32,000 nt of DNA from NCBI RefSeq assembly GCF_000092105.1, contig NC_014148.1:1200001-1232000 (forward strand). Direction: 5' to 3'. Below the pieces are notes generated by a model that saw only the letters and a program-made list of their open reading frames with translations, had not been told where the DNA came from and did no database searches. Every line of letters begins with the position of its first letter. Within the stretch, counting starts at the first letter, position 1. Positions 7,800 to 16,668 of this stretch are shown here, one piece after another. Made by a program: the position numbers and the translations under genes. Source of the stretch: Planctopirus limnophila DSM 3776 (GTDB taxonomy: Bacteria; Planctomycetota; Planctomycetia; Planctomycetales; Planctomycetaceae).

Positions 7800-7853
7800 G
7801 TTTCTTGTGCCTGTCGTCACACAGACGTGCAAAGCCACATTTGGGCCACCCTG
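7800..7853 (-). repeat. X repeat, truncated inverted copy
   Basis: The reverse complement reads CAGGGTGGCCCAAATGTGGCTTTGCACGTCTGTGTGACGACAGGCACAAGAAAC. Confidence 0.75.
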
Positions 7854-7890
7854 TCAGGAACTTTTTGATTGCAGCCCGGAGAGCCTGGGT

Positions 7891-8031
7891 AAACGACGGG
7901 AACGAGCCTCATTACCAATTGGAGACAAAGAAAGTGATCGGTGGTGGTGTGCGGAAGATGGTCCGCACAGCGGACCCTACTCGCTGATCTTCACTGATCA
8001 TGCTGCGGATGAAAGCTGTTCGGTCTGGGCT
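7891..8031 (+). repeat. Direct repeat DR-R, overlapping the 3' end of lpxB
   Basis: This is the partner of DR-L. Positions 7998-8031 are the lpxB stop codon and last ~10 codons. Confidence 0.8.
7958..7980 (-). repeat. REP-a
   Basis: This copy is in inverted orientation, inside DR-R. Confidence 0.8.
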
Positions 8032-9173
8032 TGATCTGTGGTGAGCCGGAGAATCAGATCGGCAGTGCGAGTCAAAGCTCCGGCGTTTACAACATCTCGC
8101 CTCAGGGCATCGAGTTCTTCCAGCTTCAGGGTCATCTGCTGAGGATCGGCCAGCCAGGGAGAAATCGCATCAGCCATCTGCCGGCCGGCTTCCGGCGCCT
8201 CTCCCACAAAGAGCAGTTCCGGGAAGATGCGGCGATTGGCCATCAGGTTCGGGAGTGAAAAGTGCGGAATGTGAATGATCTGGCGGCCAATCCAGTGTGT
8301 CAGCTTACTGCAGGAGTAGAACGTGGCGTACGGAGTGCGGCGGGCCAGAAGTTCGAGCGCGACTGAACCAGAGACAACCAGGGCACAATCCGCAATATCG
8401 ATGATCTCGGGAGTGCGGCCCACGAAAAAGTTCATGCGCAATCCCCCGCCTGTGCGCACAAATTCTTCACTACACCACTGGCGCTGCTTCTCTTTGTAAT
8501 TGGCAACGTAAAAAGTGAGATCGTCGAAACGCTCGTGGAGCATGCGGGCCGCTTCGAGCATGCGGGGCCAGTTATGGGTGACTTCATGACCACGCGAGCC
8601 GGGGAGCAAGGCGACGACGCGACCGGCTTGTGGTTTCCATTCTCTTACAAAAGATTGATCCAGTGGATGATGGACAATCTCATCGAAGAAGGGGTGTCCC
8701 ACATTGGTGACGGGAACATTTCGCTGGGCGTACCATTCGGTCTCGAACTGTAAACCTGAAATCACATGATCGACGGTGCGTTTGAGTTTGTGAATTCGCC
8801 AACCACCCCAGGCCCACATCTGGGGAGGCATGAAGTAGTAGACGGGAATCCCTAACGATTTGGCTGCTTTGGCAATGTGCCAGTTGAAGCCGGGAAAATC
8901 GATGAGCACGACGGCATCCGGGCGGTGCTGCTTCAGATGAGCACGTGCCTGGCGGAAGACTTTGTAGAAGGTGGTCAGGAGTGGGAGGACCCGGAAGATC
9001 CCCATCACCGCCAGATTGGTGAGAGGGTAGATTACTTCACATCCAGCGACTTCCATGGCTGGGCCGCCCAGTCCGCTGACTTTCAGGCCTGGATGACGAT
9101 GCTGGAGCGCGCGAATGAGGTGAGCGGCATGCTGATCGCCACTGGGTTCGCCCACGGAAAAGAAAATATGCAT
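7998..9173 (-). CDS. lpxB: Lipid-A-disaccharide synthase
   Basis: 391 aa with an N-terminal FFSVGEPSGDQHAAHLIRAL motif, VVLIDFPGFN, PPQMWAWGGWR and LLPGSR blocks typical of LpxB (GT19). The last ~10 codons lie in direct repeat DR-R. Confidence 0.9.
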   Translation of the reverse strand: MHIFFSVGEPSGDQHAAHLIRALQHRHPGLKVSGLGGPAMEVAGCEVIYPLTNLAVMGIFRVLPLLTTFYKVFRQARAHLKQHRPDAVVLIDFPGFNWHIAKAAKSLGIPVYYFMPPQMWAWGGWRIHKLKRTVDHVISGLQFETEWYAQRNVPVTNVGHPFFDEIVHHPLDQSFVREWKPQAGRVVALLPGSRGHEVTHNWPRMLEAARMLHERFDDLTFYVANYKEKQRQWCSEEFVRTGGGLRMNFFVGRTPEIIDIADCALVVSGSVALELLARRTPYATFYSCSKLTHWIGRQIIHIPHFSLPNLMANRRIFPELLFVGEAPEAGRQMADAISPWLADPQQMTLKLEELDALRRDVVNAGALTRTADLILRLTTDQAQTEQLSSAA

Positions 9174-9369
9174 GATGATCGTCCCTGACTGCCCGGTCGT
9201 CGTTCACCAGTGGTTAAGGCCATCGCTGGCATCACTTACGAAGCCTGGTAAACAATCTCGCCATCCATTTGAGATCTGTGTTGAGACAGATCGTCCGATG
9301 GATGGCGTTTGCGGTCAAGGCGAGGTTTTGCTGGCCGATGAAATTGAGCCTGCGCTATCAGGACTGTCT

Positions 9370-9609
9370 TCAGGCGGCTTCGCGTTCGGCGACGGCTGCT
9401 GAGCGATTTTGAAGCAGTGGAACGACCTGTCCCAGGAGACGCTTCATTTCGGCGACGACACCCATTTCCAGCTCGTCGGTGGAAATCCCTTCACAGGCTT
9501 GTACGCAGGCGTAAATCCGGCGGACAAGTTCGCGATTTCCTTCCGTATCGACGCCATGCAGCTCGCCGTCGGTTGAAAGAACGAACATCGGAGCAGATGT
9601 CTGTTCCAT
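9370..9609 (-). CDS. Small hypothetical protein (79 aa) upstream of lpxB
   Basis: ATG at 9609 with GAAGG 7 nt upstream. The product is MEQTSAPMFVLSTDGELHGVDTEGNRELVRRIYACVQACEGISTDELE.... The longer track ORF (to 9930) runs through a repeat hairpin. Confidence 0.5.
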   Translation of the reverse strand: MEQTSAPMFVLSTDGELHGVDTEGNRELVRRIYACVQACEGISTDELEMGVVAEMKRLLGQVVPLLQNRSAAVAEREAA

Positions 9610-9866
9610 CGTCTTACCTTCTGTTGGGGGCCAATTTTCCATCATTCGCGACCACGGCCTCAAGTGACTCAGTGGCGACAGATGGAGATGTTTTCGGTGG
9701 AGATCGACAGCCAGACGGCAATTCCGCCATATGAAATGTGGGACTTTAACGAATAGGACGACTTTCAGGTAAAACCTGCGATGGTTGATCGGCTCATTCT
9801 GCAGGAGGGCGGAGCGACTCTCAGGATTGTGGAATTTCGTGGTGGGATACTTCCCAGAAAGTGACA

Positions 9867-9917
9867 GCGCGTTGTGGGTTGCGAAAACATGCTTGCCCAG
9901 GGCTGCAAGCATGGCAC
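9867..9917 (+). repeat. H1 repeat
   Basis: The hairpin is CATGCTTGC (9888-9896) paired with GCAAGCATG (9905-9913), with the same flanks. Confidence 0.8.
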
Positions 9918-10057
9918 TCATATCGCTCATATTTTATGGAAAGCGTGTGAGATGTTTTTTCAGCTGGAAACGACGAGCAATCTGATCAACAATGTTTGAT
10001 TGGTGAGACAGAACTTCTCGATTGGCCCTGTGGATTGCCATTGTGACTCAGGAGAAC

Positions 10058-10933
10058 ATGCACTGGTTGCAGGAAGGGCAGGGGCGGCTGCCTGTCTGTC
10101 TCTGGTCGTTTACCACTGATGCGCCACTCGCGGATTTGAAGCTGGCTCGGGAGACGGGCGAAGTTGTGGCCAGCGATCATTCGGGTGGGATTTATCTGAT
10201 CGATATTGAAGGGCGGGTGCGCGCACTGACCCGTTTAGGGCAAGTCGCCCGCGAAGTCGGCTTTGCTGATAATGGGGCCACGATTGCTGCGGTCTCCGGG
10301 CCGAGTTCGCTTTCTCTCATGAATCGAAAGCTCTCGTTCCAGTGGACGAGGCAACTCCCTGACAGCATTCTCGCCACTGCACTTGCCCCTTATGGTGAAC
10401 ATGTTGCCGTTTCGCTGACCGATGGCATGAATGCGATTTATACACTGGGGAATAAGAAACAGGCGACTTTTCAAACGCCCAGACCGCTCAAACATCTGGC
10501 GTTTCTGGGAACTGAAGCGGCATTGATTGGTGCGGCTGAGTATGGACTGATTTCCAAAATCCGCCTGGATGGACAGATTCTGTGGTCCGAATCGCTCTGG
10601 TCGACAGTGGGTGGATTGGCAGTCACCGGGAATGGCGAATCGATTCTGCTGGCAGGTTACATGCACGGGCTGCAGATGTTCGGCAATGATGGTTCTTCGG
10701 CGGGAACTTTGATGCTCGACGGCACAGCGAGCCATGTGGGCCAGAGTTTTCATCAACATCGCATTTACTCAGCCACGCTGGAGCAACATCTGGCCTGCCT
10801 GAGCAAAGCGGGAGACCTGGTTTATCTCTTAGGATTGCCGGAACCACTGCATCGTCTGCAGGTGACAGCAATGGGGGATGCGGTGATTGTGGGATTTCCC
10901 TCCGGGCGCATTATGAAACTCGCGATGCTGTAA
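10058..10933 (+). CDS. Beta-propeller repeat protein (PQQ/WD40-like), no signal peptide
   Basis: It contains repeated ~40-aa units with G-x-hydrophobic-strand patterns (DHSGGIYLIDIEGRV, ADNGATIAAVSG, GLISKIRLDGQILW, GNGESILLAG). ATG at 10058 is preceded by AGGAG with short spacing. The ORF is also open from TTG at 10022. Confidence 0.65.
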   Translation: MHWLQEGQGRLPVCLWSFTTDAPLADLKLARETGEVVASDHSGGIYLIDIEGRVRALTRLGQVAREVGFADNGATIAAVSGPSSLSLMNRKLSFQWTRQLPDSILATALAPYGEHVAVSLTDGMNAIYTLGNKKQATFQTPRPLKHLAFLGTEAALIGAAEYGLISKIRLDGQILWSESLWSTVGGLAVTGNGESILLAGYMHGLQMFGNDGSSAGTLMLDGTASHVGQSFHQHRIYSATLEQHLACLSKAGDLVYLLGLPEPLHRLQVTAMGDAVIVGFPSGRIMKLAML

Positions 10934-10966
10934 TCGATCGGTGGTTTGTCAGAACGGAGCCAGGCT

Positions 10967-12310
10967 ATGCAGACATCCTCAACACGAATGTTATCCCGTC
11001 GGCATCTTTTGCGGGGAGCGGGAGCTATGCTGGCGCTGCCACTTCTGGACGCCATGCTCCCTCGAACGTGGGGAGCGCCTTCGCAGTTCAAACCGTGGAA
11101 TCGCTCGCATGGACCACAGCCGCGGATGATCTGCTGCTATATTCCGAATGGTGTGAATATCCTCGAATGGGTGCCCGAAACAACGGGGAAAGAGTACCAG
11201 TTATCAAAGACTCTGCAGGTGCTGGAGCCTCATCGGGCTGATTTCACTGTCCTGTCGGGACTGGGGCATCCGGCTTCGCAAGGTGGGCATAGTGGAGCCG
11301 ATACGTGGCTGACGGGGGCCAATCTGCAAGCGGTGCCGGGTGCCGATTATACGAATAGCGTGTCGATGGATCAGATCGTGGCAGATCTTCATGGGAAGCA
11401 CACGCGCTACGGGTCTTTGCAGCTCAGTGATCAATCGGGAACGGGGAGTGCAGGGCATAGCCATACACTTTCTTTTGATGTTAATGGGACGCCACTTCCT
11501 GCCGAGAACTCGCCGCAACGATTATTCGAGCGACTGTTTGTTCCCGAAAGTGCGGCTGATAAAACGGCGACGCTTCGTCGTCTGGCCGAGAAGAAATCGA
11601 TTCTTGACAGCGTGCGTGAGGATGCGAAGCGGCTGGAAAAAACACTCGGCAAGCGTGATCGACAAAAACTCGATGAGTATTTCACGAGTATCCGCACGAC
11701 GGAAGAGCAGCTCAGCCGGATGGAAGCGTGGATTGATCGGCCCAAGCCGGAAGTTCCACCCACGAATCTGCAACTGGCGAGTCAACCGGGCAATGCCCAT
11801 GATCGCCCGATGTGGATTGATGTGATGCTGGAACTGGCTTATCTGGCCTTTCTGACAGATACGACGCGCGTCATCACGTTCGAATGGTCGCGCGAAGCGG
11901 GTGGATTTGGCGGTGGCGGTGAGAATCATCACGAGTATTCCCATCATGGTGGGGATGCCGGGATGCTGGCCAAGCTGGGGCAAATTGACCGCTTTCATTT
12001 GTCGAAGCTCGACCGCTTTATGAATCTGCTCAAATCGACGACTGAGGCGGACAGCCACATGCTGGACCAGACGATCATTGTTTACGGCAGTGGGATGAAT
12101 TCCGGCAAAGGGGGCGAGCACTCACCGAAGAACCTGCCTCTGCTGGTGGCTGGTGGCAAGAAGCTGGGCCTGAAGCATGGACAGCATCTGGCGTTTGATT
12201 CCGATAAGCATCCTCCGTTGTCGAACGTGCTGCTTTCGCTGGCTCAGAAGATGGGTGTGGAATCGGACCGCTTTTCGGACGCCACGGGTACGCTGACGGG
12301 ACTCGTTTGA
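10967..12310 (+). CDS. DUF1552-family protein with Tat-like signal
   Basis: ATG at 10967 with GGAG 7 nt upstream. The N-terminus MQTSSTRMLSRRHLLRGAGAMLALPLLDAMLP and a size of ~447 aa are typical of planctomycete DUF1552. An ENHHEYSHHGG block is present. Confidence 0.8.
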   Translation: MQTSSTRMLSRRHLLRGAGAMLALPLLDAMLPRTWGAPSQFKPWNRSHGPQPRMICCYIPNGVNILEWVPETTGKEYQLSKTLQVLEPHRADFTVLSGLGHPASQGGHSGADTWLTGANLQAVPGADYTNSVSMDQIVADLHGKHTRYGSLQLSDQSGTGSAGHSHTLSFDVNGTPLPAENSPQRLFERLFVPESAADKTATLRRLAEKKSILDSVREDAKRLEKTLGKRDRQKLDEYFTSIRTTEEQLSRMEAWIDRPKPEVPPTNLQLASQPGNAHDRPMWIDVMLELAYLAFLTDTTRVITFEWSREAGGFGGGGENHHEYSHHGGDAGMLAKLGQIDRFHLSKLDRFMNLLKSTTEADSHMLDQTIIVYGSGMNSGKGGEHSPKNLPLLVAGGKKLGLKHGQHLAFDSDKHPPLSNVLLSLAQKMGVESDRFSDATGTLTGLV

Positions 12311-12342
12311 AGCCAGGGGCATCCTTCCAGAGAGCAAAACAG

Positions 12343-12407
12343 CCGGTTGATAAGCACGATGCTCACCAACCGGTTGCAAGAACTCTGGCAATCAAGACTC
12401 GATTGCC
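12343..12407. terminator. Two hairpins in a convergent intergenic gap (candidate bidirectional terminators)
   Basis: CCGGTTG (12343-12349) pairs with CAACCGG (12367-12373), and GGCAATC (12387-12393) pairs with GATTGCC (12401-12407). There is no clear U-tract. Confidence 0.3.
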
Positions 12408-12419
12408 GGGATTATCGAT

Positions 12420-13394
12420 TTAGTATTCGCCGACTGTTTCGCGACCACCTCGTGAACCGAGAGCGCGGTAGGTGGTGATGTCGATGTTTTCGGAGATGAA
12501 CTTTACTGAACCATCGGCCATGGCAAAGAACGCACCACCTGTGTGCCAGCTGCCAAAACCGATCTGAGCAGCTTCACCACGGACAGTCAGGTCGAGAGCT
12601 GCGTTGATTTTGACGGCAGCCGAGCCTGTACATTCGGAAAACTCTGATCCACTCGTGTTGCCGGGAGCCCAACCACCTGATTGGGGGATGGAGATGATCC
12701 AGTGATCAAAAGCAACACCATTCCGGCCGGCTGAGGGATTGGTGTAGAACTCACCGATCATAATGGTGTTCGATGTTCCATCGATGACATCGCGGATGCG
12801 CACAGAACTGACTCCAAAGAACATCCCGTCCGGGGCGGAAGCATTTTCGTGAGAGACCGCACCGGTGGGTGCACCGACAGTGGTTAATTCTGAATCCTGA
12901 TCGGCGTAGACGTTGCTGCCCGAGCAGACTCCGTAGCTTAAAACCCCGCGACCTGGGATCGATTCGCTATCGATATTGCTGGCGACAGCCATACTGGGGC
13001 AGCGGAAGATGGGGATATTGGCACCAGAAGTGGCCATGTTTGCGACACAATTACTGTTATTCCAGTTACCGGGATCACCTTCGGCTCGAATGATCGTGTT
13101 GAATAGAGCTGTCTGTTCAATCTGAGGGAGGATCTGATTGGTCCAACTGCCTTCCAGAGTATCCCAGGCAAAAACAAACGTATTCGAGTTGTCGTGATAG
13201 TTATGCATCGCCAGAGCGAGGTTTTTCAGATTATTGCGGCAAGCTGTCCTGCGAGCGGCTTCTCGTGCCTGTTGCACAGCGGGTAGCAAGAGGGCAATGA
13301 GGATCGCGATAATCGCAATGACGACGAGCAACTCGATGAGTGTAAAGCCATTTCTGGCAGGATGGGCGGCAGGTTCCGACTTACGAATGACCAT
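12420..13394 (-). CDS. DUF1559 (H-X9-DG) protein with prepilin-type N-terminal cleavage/methylation domain
   Basis: ATG at 13394 with AGGA 6 nt upstream. It has the leader plus GFTLIELLVVIAIIAILIALLLPAVQQAREAARRTACRNNLKNLALAMHNYHD, and a C-terminal SWHTGGAFFAMADGSVKFISENID (H-x9-DG). Confidence 0.9.
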   Translation of the reverse strand: MVIRKSEPAAHPARNGFTLIELLVVIAIIAILIALLLPAVQQAREAARRTACRNNLKNLALAMHNYHDNSNTFVFAWDTLEGSWTNQILPQIEQTALFNTIIRAEGDPGNWNNSNCVANMATSGANIPIFRCPSMAVASNIDSESIPGRGVLSYGVCSGSNVYADQDSELTTVGAPTGAVSHENASAPDGMFFGVSSVRIRDVIDGTSNTIMIGEFYTNPSAGRNGVAFDHWIISIPQSGGWAPGNTSGSEFSECTGSAAVKINAALDLTVRGEAAQIGFGSWHTGGAFFAMADGSVKFISENIDITTYRALGSRGGRETVGEY

Positions 13395-13463
13395 TTCGTT
13401 CCTAATAGAATTTGAGAAGATTACGAGCAGAGCGCGCTTTTCAGGAATACTCAGTGGGGAGAA

Positions 13464-13943
13464 TTAATACTGCCCCTGCGGAGTTGAATAGAGTTCGAAG
13501 TTGATTTCGTTAGTACCTGCCACGACATCCGCGGTTAATGTGGTTTTGTTGTGGTAGATGGGGAGTAGCTTCTCGACTGGTTCTGGTGCACCTTCAACGA
13601 CAGGAGAAGGTGTGTACCCGGAGATTTCGGGTGGACTGAAGACGGTGCGAATCACGACAGATTTCTTACCGATGGCCGCCCCCTTCTGCTTCTGGTCGAA
13701 AATCAGTTCATATCGACCGTCGCTATCGGTAATGCCCCAGGAGCTGCTATAGCCCGCTTCGGAGAATGTGACCATGGCGTTCGGGAGCGGTGTGCCATCG
13801 AGAGTGACCCGGCCTGTGACTGGTGCCCACTCAAACATCTGATAATTACCGGAAACATCGTTCGAGCAGCCTGCTGCGAAACTCAGGATATATAAATACA
13901 GGGAGCCGGGAACGAGCAGGGATCTGAAGAATCTCGCGTGCAT
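13464..13943 (-). CDS. Lipoprotein with carboxypeptidase-regulatory-like domain (usual DUF1559 companion)
   Basis: ATG at 13943 (residue 77 of the track ORF). It has the lipobox LSFAAGC and VTGRVTLDGTPLPNAMVTF...GITDSDGRYEL. The upstream part of the track ORF is an off-frame reading of the neighbouring gene's 3' end. Confidence 0.7.
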   Translation of the reverse strand: MHARFFRSLLVPGSLYLYILSFAAGCSNDVSGNYQMFEWAPVTGRVTLDGTPLPNAMVTFSEAGYSSSWGITDSDGRYELIFDQKQKGAAIGKKSVVIRTVFSPPEISGYTPSPVVEGAPEPVEKLLPIYHNKTTLTADVVAGTNEINFELYSTPQGQY

Positions 13944-14019
13944 CAATTGAACCTTGATGTTGATGTGTGAAGTCTGGCCAGATAGCGAACACCGGGACGA
14001 AAAAGATGATTGTCTAGTA

Positions 14020-14976
14020 CTAGTATTCGCCAACAGTTTCGCGGCCCGCTCGGGAGCCGAGGGCTCGGTATGTTGTGAGGTCGATGTTTTCGGAGATGAA
14101 TTTGACAGAGCCATCGGCCATCGCGAAGAAGGCTCCGCCCGTGTGGTAGCTGCCAAAGCCGGCTTCGGCAAATTGACCGGGGACTGTCAGATCGAGCCAG
14201 CCGTTGATCTTGGAGCCAGTTCCACCGATACATTCGCTGAATTCCGTGCCGCCTGTGGTGCTCGATGGTGCCCAGTTGCCGGATTGAGGGACACAGATGA
14301 TCCAGTGATCGAACGCCTGGCCATCTCGACCGTTCATGTTGGTGTAAAACTCCCCCAGCATGACGGTGTTGGAGGTGCCGTCGATGACGTCGCGAATACG
14401 GACGGAACTGCAACCCCAGAAGATCCCGTCGAGATCATTATCTGAGAGGGCCTTGGCACCGGCCGGGACGGGGAGTGAGGCCAGTTCGCTGGCGTTGTCT
14501 GTGAAGACATTACCGCCGCCGCAGACTCCGTAGCTGGCGACGCCGCGATTGGGGATACTCTCATTGGTCAACTGGGGTGACATGGCGGTGCTGGGACAGA
14601 ACATGACGGGAATTGAGGCTCCGCCGGCCGCGTTATTGGCAGGGCTGCTGGTGTTCCAGTTCCCCGGGTTTCCTTCGGCGCGGATGATTGTGCTGAACAG
14701 CGGAGCCTGGTCGATTTGTGGCAGAATCTGGCTCGACCAGCTCCCTTCGAGCGAGTCGAAGGCAAAGACGAAGGTTCCATGCTGGTCATGGTAGTTGTGC
14801 ATGGCCAGGGCCAGGTTTTTCATGTTGTTCCGGCAAGCCGTCCGACGGGCTGCTTCTCGTGCCTGCTGAACAGCGGGCAAAAGGAGGGCAATGAGAATCG
14901 CAATAATGGCGATCACCACCAGCAGCTCGATGAGTGTGAAGCCTGCTGAACGGTTTTTTTGTGGATTGCTGGTCAA
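14020..14976 (-). CDS. DUF1559 (H-X9-DG) protein with prepilin-type leader, tandem paralog of 12420-13394
   Basis: TTG at 14976 with GGAG 8 nt upstream gives the leader MTSNPQKNRSAG|FTLIELLVV. The ORF is open to 15015. N- and C-terminal ~50 and ~40 residues are almost identical to the paralog at protein level. Confidence 0.9.
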   Translation of the reverse strand: MTSNPQKNRSAGFTLIELLVVIAIIAILIALLLPAVQQAREAARRTACRNNMKNLALAMHNYHDQHGTFVFAFDSLEGSWSSQILPQIDQAPLFSTIIRAEGNPGNWNTSSPANNAAGGASIPVMFCPSTAMSPQLTNESIPNRGVASYGVCGGGNVFTDNASELASLPVPAGAKALSDNDLDGIFWGCSSVRIRDVIDGTSNTVMLGEFYTNMNGRDGQAFDHWIICVPQSGNWAPSSTTGGTEFSECIGGTGSKINGWLDLTVPGQFAEAGFGSYHTGGAFFAMADGSVKFISENIDLTTYRALGSRAGRETVGEY

Positions 14977-15516
14977 CTGAGGCACTCCTGAGAATTTGAA
15001 TTTCAGAACAAACAAAGAGTGCCGCTAAGAATAAACACTGATATAAAATTTGTATTAATGCTCCATAAAGTTTCCTGAATATACACTTTTGTGAATCAAT
15101 CAACGTGTGGGTGGCTCATCAATCGATTGTCAGATGCAGGGCGGGGACTTCGAGTCGTGAGCTGATTCGGTGAAGGAAGACTGCGTGTTGACATTCAGGA
15201 AACACGCCAGTCGGGTGCCGAATTGAGGGGGCCAACTCATCACACTGAGCTTGGGCCGAGTACAGTGTCCGATTGGCGACAGATCCCTTTTGCAGATTGA
15301 GCCTGTCTCTGGTGAACTCGCGCGGTGTATGCTCAAAGGAGCTTTGTGCACCCCGCGTGACGCTCTGGCTTTTCCAAACATTGATCGAGGAAACGTTCGA
15401 TGGTCGTAAAAACTCCGGCTCGCAAATTGCGAACAAAGGAAAGCCAACTGTCTTTGGCAATCTTCCCGTCAGGGAGTCAAGATGCGGCCCGCAGTGCGGG
15501 CATAATCTCCGGGGAG

Positions 15517-16038
15517 ATGATTCCTTATACGATCACTCCGACCGAGCTCGGATTATTGATGGTCGCCGGTAGTTCTCGTGGACTTTTGTATGTCGCGATG
15601 AGCGGTGATGCGGAGAGTCTGGCTGAGGACTTTTCCCGCAGATTCGAAAAGAAAGGCCTGCAACTGGGTGTTCGCCTAACTGACTCCTCAGCCAGCAAAC
15701 TCTTCCACTGGACTCAGCAGATTCTCGAATACCTCGCTGGAAAGTTGCGAGATTGGAGCCTCCCGATCGATATGCAGGGAACGCCATTTCAGCAGGAGGT
15801 GTGGGAGGCTTTAAGGCAGATTCCTTATGGGGAAACTCGCACCTATGCTCAACTGGCGAGGAACATTGGCAAGCCGGCGGCTGTCCGTGCTGTCGCCAAT
15901 GCCTGCGGGGCCAATCCTCTGGCCATCGTCATCCCCTGCCATCGAGTGATTGGCAGTGATGGTCAACTGACTGGCTTCCGCTGGGGAATCGAGCGTAAGG
16001 CAGCACTGCTCCAACTCGAACGGGTGCTGGCTGATTGA
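15517..16038 (+). CDS. ogt: Methylated-DNA--protein-cysteine methyltransferase
   Basis: It has the active site IVIPCHRVIGSDG, an upstream FQQEVWEALRQIPYGETRTYAQLA helix-turn-helix region and an N-terminal MIPYTITPTELGLL typical of Ogt. The ORF also has an ATG at 15400 (+39 aa of atypical sequence). Confidence 0.85.
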   Translation: MIPYTITPTELGLLMVAGSSRGLLYVAMSGDAESLAEDFSRRFEKKGLQLGVRLTDSSASKLFHWTQQILEYLAGKLRDWSLPIDMQGTPFQQEVWEALRQIPYGETRTYAQLARNIGKPAAVRAVANACGANPLAIVIPCHRVIGSDGQLTGFRWGIERKAALLQLERVLAD

Positions 16039-16216
16039 TTCCGCTTGTCTGGTGAATCGCCTGTCTGGTGAATACGAGAAAGGGTACGCCTTAAAGAAGC
16101 ATGAGGAAACTGATCGCTCGCTGGCTCTCCGAGTGACTTTTGGGGAGTCGGCGATGGTTATGTATGAGCGCAGCGGTTTGTTGCCTGGCTATTCTATCAG
16201 AGGGATGCTGAGCTAA

Positions 16217-16242
16217 CACGCAGGACACGAAGAGCACGAAGG
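16217..16242 (-). repeat. T9 motif: TTCGTG repeated at 9-nt spacing
   Basis: The reverse complement reads CCTTCGTGCTCTTCGTGTCCTGCGTG. Confidence 0.7.
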
Positions 16243-16297
16243 TTAAGAGAGGTTGTTGTGAACCTGGGGAATGAAGTATTGGACGCCGGTCGTTTTT

Positions 16298-16329
16298 GAG
16301 AGGAGCACTGCTGGCGAGCCAGCAGTGGC
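16298..16329 (+). repeat. H6 repeat (GGAGCACTGCTGGC-gag-CCAGCAGTGCTCC hairpin family)
   Basis: GAGAGGAGCACTGCTGGCGAGCCAGCAGTGGC. Confidence 0.75.
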
Positions 16330-16395
16330 ACACGTTCGGCTTCAGCGGTCTTGCGGCCTCGCTTTCACATGAAGGCACGTGGGAGAGTAGATGCT

Positions 16396-16425
16396 GGTGG
16401 GTTGCGCGGACTTAACCCACCCTAC
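16396..16425 (-). repeat. REP-b (GTAGGGTGGGTT-loop-AACCCACC)
   Basis: The reverse complement reads GTAGGGTGGGTTAAGTCCGCGCAACCCACC. Confidence 0.8.
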
Positions 16426-16446
16426 ACGACTACACGACTACACGAC
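16423..16446 (+). repeat. Perfect 3 x 8-nt tandem repeat TACACGAC
   Basis: The units are at 16423-16430, 16431-16438 and 16439-16446, immediately after a REP-b copy. Confidence 0.85.
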
Positions 16447-16573
16447 TGGTAGATTGGCGCTCTGGCGTAAACGTTTATATCAAGACGCATCGGTTGGGAA
16501 GACCCTCACCTGGTTCTCTCCCGGAAGACGGGGCGATGGTTCCAGAGGGGCCTGCCGCAGAAAGAGAATCTGA

Positions 16574-16595
16574 GGTCACCACGAAGGTCACGAAG
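16574..16595 (-). repeat. T9 motif (two units)
   Basis: The reverse complement reads CTTCGTGACCTTCGTGGTGACC. Confidence 0.6.
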
Positions 16596-16668
16596 TTTGG
16601 GGGAGAGACGAGTGGGAGGTTGTTACGCGTGGGGGGGCAGCAAAAAAGTGTGATGTCGGGTGGATAGT

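Noticed and set aside
7563-7838. N-terminal 92 codons of the 181-aa track ORF
   Set aside because: This part translates F1 copy C and the inverted X fragment. The internal ATG at 7562 has a well-spaced GGAG.
13944-14171. N-terminal extension of the lipoprotein ORF
   Set aside because: It is an off-frame reading of the 3' end of the upstream DUF1559 gene. The Met at 13943 gives a proper lipoprotein signal.
15119-15460. 113- and 105-aa minus-strand ORFs between the DUF1559 operon and ogt
   Set aside because: They overlap each other in two frames, and I see no RBS and no recognisable features. The region is more likely the divergent promoter region; an AT-rich stretch lies at 15030-15110.
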